A DNA stretch of 64,000 nt from Oopsacas minuta. Lineage: Eukaryota > Animalia > Porifera. Shown one piece after another: positions 58,744-64,000 of this stretch. The notes below the pieces were generated by a model. The model was not told the origin of the DNA and made no database searches. It saw only the letters and a list, made by a program, of their open reading frames with translations. The DNA lies in NCBI GenBank assembly GCA_024704765.1, contig JAKMXF010000362.1, positions 74,149 through 138,148 on the forward strand. Direction: 5' to 3'. Both the position numbers and the translations under genes were made by a program. Position 1 is the stretch's first letter; each line of letters opens with the position of its first letter.

Positions 58744-59076
58744 CTATGGAAGTATCTTATAAAATGCATTGTACATAGAATTAGCATCATACTCATCAGA
58801 TGGGCATTGTGCGGAATATATCCACCTGTATTTTACCCAACTGACTCGTAGGTCATTGGCCTTGACTCTCTTCACTCTTGGACAGGGCAGCAAAGAAAGT
58901 CGCCTTTGTCGCCGCCTCGCTAAACGTTGTTGTCTCGCTAAGCGACGTGCGACCTCCTCGCGCTGTTTTTTCTCCCTGACCACCTCTTCGAGAATCTTCT
59001 CTAAGGCCTCCCGATTCCGGTTGTGCTTAGCGAGAGTAAGTAAATTTTGTAAGTCGTCTATTTGAGTTTGAGACAT
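58744..59076 (-). CDS. Small basic helical protein, unknown function (likely start MSQTQ at 59076)
   Basis: 110-aa frame with an amphipathic helical N-terminus and an Arg-rich middle. Locally higher GC than the flanks. Confidence 0.4.
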   Translation of the reverse strand: MSQTQIDDLQNLLTLAKHNRNREALEKILEEVVREKKQREEVARRLARQQRLARRRQRRLSLLPCPRVKRVKANDLRVSWVKYRWIYSAQCPSDEYDANSMYNAFYKILP

Positions 59077-60326
59077 TTCAAGTATTATGCTAATTCTAGA
59101 CATGCACGGTACAGGGGGGGGGCAATGAAACCTTAGTAAATAGGATTTATGCGTAAACAAGTATTTAAGCTTAATTTCGTTTGGAATTGAGTTTTCAATT
59201 CCCTTCATTAGAGAATATCTTGACTTGAGAAGAGCAAGCTACTTGACTCGATGTTTGTATTGAAGAATCTAACTCTACAGTAATTGTAGTAATGCTAGAA
59301 ACTTTAGTGTTTAGCTATATTTTCTTTTCTTCCTTCACTTCAGGAGTTATAACTTTTAGCAACTTATCTACATTAGTCAAACTCACACTTTTCAACTTTG
59401 GAAATATTCTCTCTTATCTTAGAATCTTTTATTAATTCTCCAATCCAGAGACTACCTGAACTCTGTTATTATTCTGATCAGCTATATAAGCTCTTAATTA
59501 GAATATGTAAATTTGGTATTTTATACTTTTAGAGAGAAATATTATTTATTTATAATATTTTAATGAAGTTATTAATAACAAAATATTTTATTATTTCTAT
59601 TAATCGAGCTATGTACCAACCATATGGTAATGTATTACGTAGTTTTAGGAAAGTATACATCACACAATTAGATGCCAATTCTCTCAAAATGTATACTTAC
59701 AGACGGTAGATATCTTGATTCTGTTGGGATACAGGGTAGGGTGTAAATGAATTGAAGTTCGGAACTCCCCCAGCAGTGGTTGTTTCCAATTATTATAATC
59801 GGATATAAATTCGTGTTAACATTCAATTCATTTATTTCTGTTAGTTTTCTTGAACACATCAAACTGAACAAACAGGAAATCTCCTTATTAGTAATATTCA
59901 AATTTTGCAGTAGAAAACTTGGATTATTCCCATTTACTAATAAGAAACATACACTTTTGAATGCGTAGGTTTTATCAATTTTGTTTGGGCCTTAACATTT
60001 TATTTTTGCGACGCTCTTTACAACTTTCTATGCTATCATATGTCATGTTTGATAAGCATTTTCTTCATCGCTCTGCCCCTCGAGGGATTCTCTATTTTCC
60101 CAATTGACACCTTCCAATCCATACCGATATTTATTACATTAATATAGCATAAATTGGTTAATTTCAATAAATCTTCCCACTGAGGAGATATCCTCCATCT
60201 GTCCAGTATTTCCCTTATACTTATATTATTTCTAATTATTCTGTATATTTTCAATACATTTGCTATTAGTTTAGATTTATTGCACAGAGGTATCAATACC
60301 AGAATTATTATATTAGTCTAGTCTGT

Positions 60327-61604
60327 ATGCAGGTAGATAGAAACCTGATATTAGTTGGGGGTATAGACAGTGGTAAGCAAAATCTACAAGATATTATAAT
60401 CGGACAAGTAGACTCAAGAATAGATTGCAATGGCAGAGAAGTGAGATTGTTAAATTCTTGTTTGAGAATCTTTGAAACTTCTTCACAAAATGGAGATTTT
60501 TCTTTGAATGTTTTAAGATCAGGAACAAGTACTTGTTTCATTGTTGTTATTGACATCACTAAAGGTATAGAGTTTATTAACGAGTTAGGTAGATTGAAAG
60601 AATTGTCTGAGTTTCTAGCTAAAAGCTCATATTCCTTGTTTGGGAATTGTTTAGTTGCGTTTACGCAAACTGATATGTTGGCTACTGGAGATGATAAACA
60701 GCAGCTGGTGGATAGAGAATTTGGAGAGATCTTATTCCTAGTTGATAGGAGGTTTATGTTCATTAATTCTACTCGTATGACACAGGAGAATAGAAATAGA
60801 GTGGTAGATGAATTCCTGCAACTTTCTAAACCTGTTTTGAGAGTGCTTTGTTATGGAAATAATAACATTGAGAGTGACAAGTTCCAGCTTGATGTATCTG
60901 AAGAAAATACTCGAAATATTCCTTATCATATTTCCATTCATCGCCCGCCAGACCTCAATCTCTTTAATGAAATCTCACAAACTGTCTCAACACCAGAACT
61001 TATCCGATTAATTGGACAGCCAGACCAGATCGGGACAGGAGTATCAGTATTCTTAATCCTGATTAGCTTGAATAGTGTTTTTAGTACACCAATGCTTGAT
61101 CTAATTACAGATATACCAAATCTACTTGGGTTGACAAATGAATGCAGTGAGTATTTTTGGAGCAGAGCTGTAATTGTATTCGATACGTGTGGACATCTTA
61201 ACCCTGAGGAAACGATAAGACTCTCTATTGAAGGTAATGATGGAATCAAAAATATAATTAGAAAAGCAGGAGGAAGGAAGATCTATCTTCCTCAATCCAA
61301 CACAGATTTATTAAATGCATTATTGATACAATTTCATAAGATAAAGGAAAAGAATCTTCACACAGAGTTTATTGGAGGAAGAGATGTTAATAGAAGAGCA
61401 ATAGACAATAGAAACGTAGGGAATAATGCTATAATTAGACTAATTAATGTAGCATCATATCTAAGTAAAAATATTTTTAGAAAACAAAAATTTAATTTCA
61501 TAGCTTTGATGATGACATGTGTTTTTGGACGACTGGGACTAATCAAATCCAGACAATACATAGTGGTGTCTCTTATGGCGGAATTTCACGCCAAGTTACT
61601 TTAA
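60327..61604 (+). CDS. AIG1/GIMAP-like protein with two tandem degenerate GTPase-like domains
   Basis: NLILVGGIDSGKQ, VAFTQTD and LVDRRFMFINS in domain 1. GVSVFLILI, FWSRAVIVF and IIRKAGGR in domain 2. Hydrophobic C-terminal segment. Confidence 0.65.
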   Translation: MQVDRNLILVGGIDSGKQNLQDIIIGQVDSRIDCNGREVRLLNSCLRIFETSSQNGDFSLNVLRSGTSTCFIVVIDITKGIEFINELGRLKELSEFLAKSSYSLFGNCLVAFTQTDMLATGDDKQQLVDREFGEILFLVDRRFMFINSTRMTQENRNRVVDEFLQLSKPVLRVLCYGNNNIESDKFQLDVSEENTRNIPYHISIHRPPDLNLFNEISQTVSTPELIRLIGQPDQIGTGVSVFLILISLNSVFSTPMLDLITDIPNLLGLTNECSEYFWSRAVIVFDTCGHLNPEETIRLSIEGNDGIKNIIRKAGGRKIYLPQSNTDLLNALLIQFHKIKEKNLHTEFIGGRDVNRRAIDNRNVGNNAIIRLINVASYLSKNIFRKQKFNFIALMMTCVFGRLGLIKSRQYIVVSLMAEFHAKLL

Positions 61605-62229
61605 ATGCCTATTTTATTGGTTACATGCCAAGTTAGTGATACCTGTTCGGCAGTTGTGTTATTTAATTAACTCTATACTATTACTTGTCAATTGTCATTT
61701 ATGTTGTGTGCCTTAGCTCTATTTTATAAATCCGTGTCTATCTATAAAATTGGAGTTATAAGAGCGCTGTAAGCTCTATGTAAGGTCCATGAGAAGAGAC
61801 CATTGACTACTGAACCGATTAGATGTGTTAATTTCTAGAATTTTTTATTTCCTTTGTTAGAGTAGTGCCTTGAATATTAAAAACTCGCATATGACTTGGT
61901 GCGTCACTCATATCCTAGTTCTACTATATCTGGTTTATCGTGAGAATACATTTGATAGATGCAATCTGGTGTCTCATCAAGTCGTGTGATTTCTTCCCAA
62001 AATGCGTGAGATTTGTCAATTCAGCATCAAATGTAAAGTGAAGAAACAAAATTTGGTTAAAATTCTACTTTTCTTTCAGTGAATAACCGTGAGACTCTCT
62101 GATAATCTGTAATAGTTGAATATTTAAATTGGATTCAAAATTAGCTGTAAATGTAATTTCCAGAATAAATCTGAGAGATTTCTCGTATACTTTTCTGCTT
62201 AATAATCCATTTTATATTTTGTATGTAGC

Positions 62230-62763
62230 ATGAATACCAGCAAATTCTTACTGATTGGGGATAACAACAGTGGGATGGCTGCTCTACAGACAATGTTAAG
62301 ACAGGGAGGAATATGGGTGGAATGTTTGGAAGGTATTGAGGTAAAGAATGCTACAAAGATATTGGCGAAGTTTCTCCAAAACAGATCTCAACACACGATA
62401 GTTCTTATTGTTGTTCCCATAACTTTGAGAGTGCCCGCGGTAAATTGGTTAAATTGGCTAAAGGATCAGGCCAACAGCCTTACCCTTTCATCTCTGAACT
62501 TTTTCCGTAATGCAATGATTGTATTCACTCATGCAGACGAAATCAGTCAAACTCTTGATGAAGGAATACTGAGACAAATATTGAGACAAAAATGTGAAGA
62601 ATTCGATTCATGAAAATTTCTACTCAACAGTGTCAATCATCGTTTTATCTGTGTAAACTCAACTCTACTAGAACAAACCTACATTAATAGAATTCTATAT
62701 GATATTTACCAAATCTCCAAACCATCTTACACAATATTGATTCTCGGGATAATGGGAATTTAG
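62230..62763 (+). pseudogene. Truncated paralogue of the AIG1/GIMAP-like gene
   Basis: KFLLIGDNNSG, NAMIVFTHAD, an in-frame TGA at 62611, then KFLLNSVNHRFICVNST...ISKPSYTILILG, which aligns to LFLVDRRFMFINST...LSKPVLRVLCYG of the upstream gene. Confidence 0.7.
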
Positions 62764-63843
62764 GTACAATCTGGAAAGCTTTCAATTATTCTCCCAAACA
62801 TGCAGAAAACTTTGACTACTATACTATACTATAGAATAATCTCATTATAGCATGTTCTTCTTATAAACGAACTAAAAGTTCCCTTATTAAGTTATTAGCA
62901 AGTCGTGTTTTTATGAGAAAACTTGCTTATATGCGAACTTGTAATAAGGGAACATAATTAATGCAATTTGGGCCATTGTGACCCAAAGAAAACTTGCTAA
63001 TATGAGAACTTGTTTATACATAAATACCTATACCTTTGCTCCGTGCACTGAAAAAACATGATAATAAGCGAATCTTGCTAATAAGGCAATTGCTAATAGA
63101 AAAACTCTACTGTACTTGTGGAACCAGACTTTTTTGTTCTAGTTATAGACGCGCATCCAGCAGTTGATCAGGGGAGTTTAGCCCCCTCAATCTTGAGTTG
63201 ATGTAAATTACTAGTTGAAATAGATGCGAGTTGACTGGCAATCGAATGCACTATAAAGAATATACACCACTGCTGCGGGCCGATAACCATTCGGCATTCT
63301 GAAATTTTCTAACGCATTGGACACCATGGACGGAAAAAATTGAAACTGATACAGTTTTTTTCTATGATAGTAGTTACGGAATGTATAATTTCAGCTAAAT
63401 CTGATTCAGTAGCCTGGACCCTTATGGGCAATTGTTTGAAGCTGTTGCGATTCGTTGAAACGTCATTATGACGTCATAATTCATACCCTTTTATTGGTCC
63501 CGAAAGATTATTGCGTTATATTTCATGATTTCAGTCTCTTATCACACATAACGAGCGCAATCCTACCACCTTGTTCATGTTATAAGAAGTTATTGTTTTG
63601 TATTCCTCAGCCTGGAATTTGATTTTTCCAGTTTCTCCTTAAAACTCTACTATGTTTTCATCTTGAGTTGTGCTTCAGTCTTTTCCATCTGTACGTTTGT
63701 TCTTTTTGGTTTTTGGGTTTTGATTTTTACTTTTATACTACAGCTATTCAACTTTTCTTTATAGTTTTCTGGAAATAGTTCTCATGTGCCCAAACATCCT
63801 CAGGGCAGTACTGTTTGTTATTGTACTTTATACTTTGCACTAA

Positions 63844-64000
<157 letters not shown>

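Noticed and set aside
860-61561. Numerous short ORFs in the track that overlap longer genes on the opposite strand or in another frame (e.g. 860..1333, 7386..7646, 9798..10136, 27781..28023, 54975..55157, 60308..60763)
   Set aside because: These are shadow frames of well-supported genes, with no motifs of their own.
62611-62613. TGA as selenocysteine or programmed readthrough
   Set aside because: The position is not a Cys site in the paralogue, no SECIS is evident, and the frame stops again after 49 codons.

Overview
This is an AT-rich eukaryotic (animal) genomic window, not prokaryotic, and it contains no CRISPR array. The long single-exon ORFs, the many disabled coiled-coil/NHL-repeat genes and the compact layout suggest a sponge, possibly a glass sponge (Hexactinellida); that assignment is inference only. 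Host genes recognised from motifs: an Eph receptor tyrosine kinase that runs off the 5' edge, an orphan ~7-TM protein, a Rab-like GTPase with a degenerate nucleotide site, two class I SAM methyltransferases, LMF2, a tandem pair of choline/carnitine acyltransferases, RPA49/POLR1E, a CNC-like bZIP, a tandem AIG1/GIMAP-like gene plus a pseudogene paralogue, and a tRNA-Leu(CAA)-like gene. Mobile DNA: one apparently intact pogo/Tigger transposon, a decayed Chapaev3-like element with an intron, a decayed Mutator-like transposase with a PHD finger, several hAT and Tigger-type MITEs, and Helitron-like repeats. Two observations stand out. (1) Two ORFs listed separately in the track join through a GT-AG intron into a 382-aa thiaminase I homologue with catalytic residues intact, lying convergent to a SAM methyltransferase. 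(2) The acyltransferase pair is a mosaic of near-identical blocks and strongly diverged active-site and C-terminal blocks, and only one copy ends in the peroxisomal signal SKL. All family assignments come from motif recognition against recalled sequences; no database search was run.
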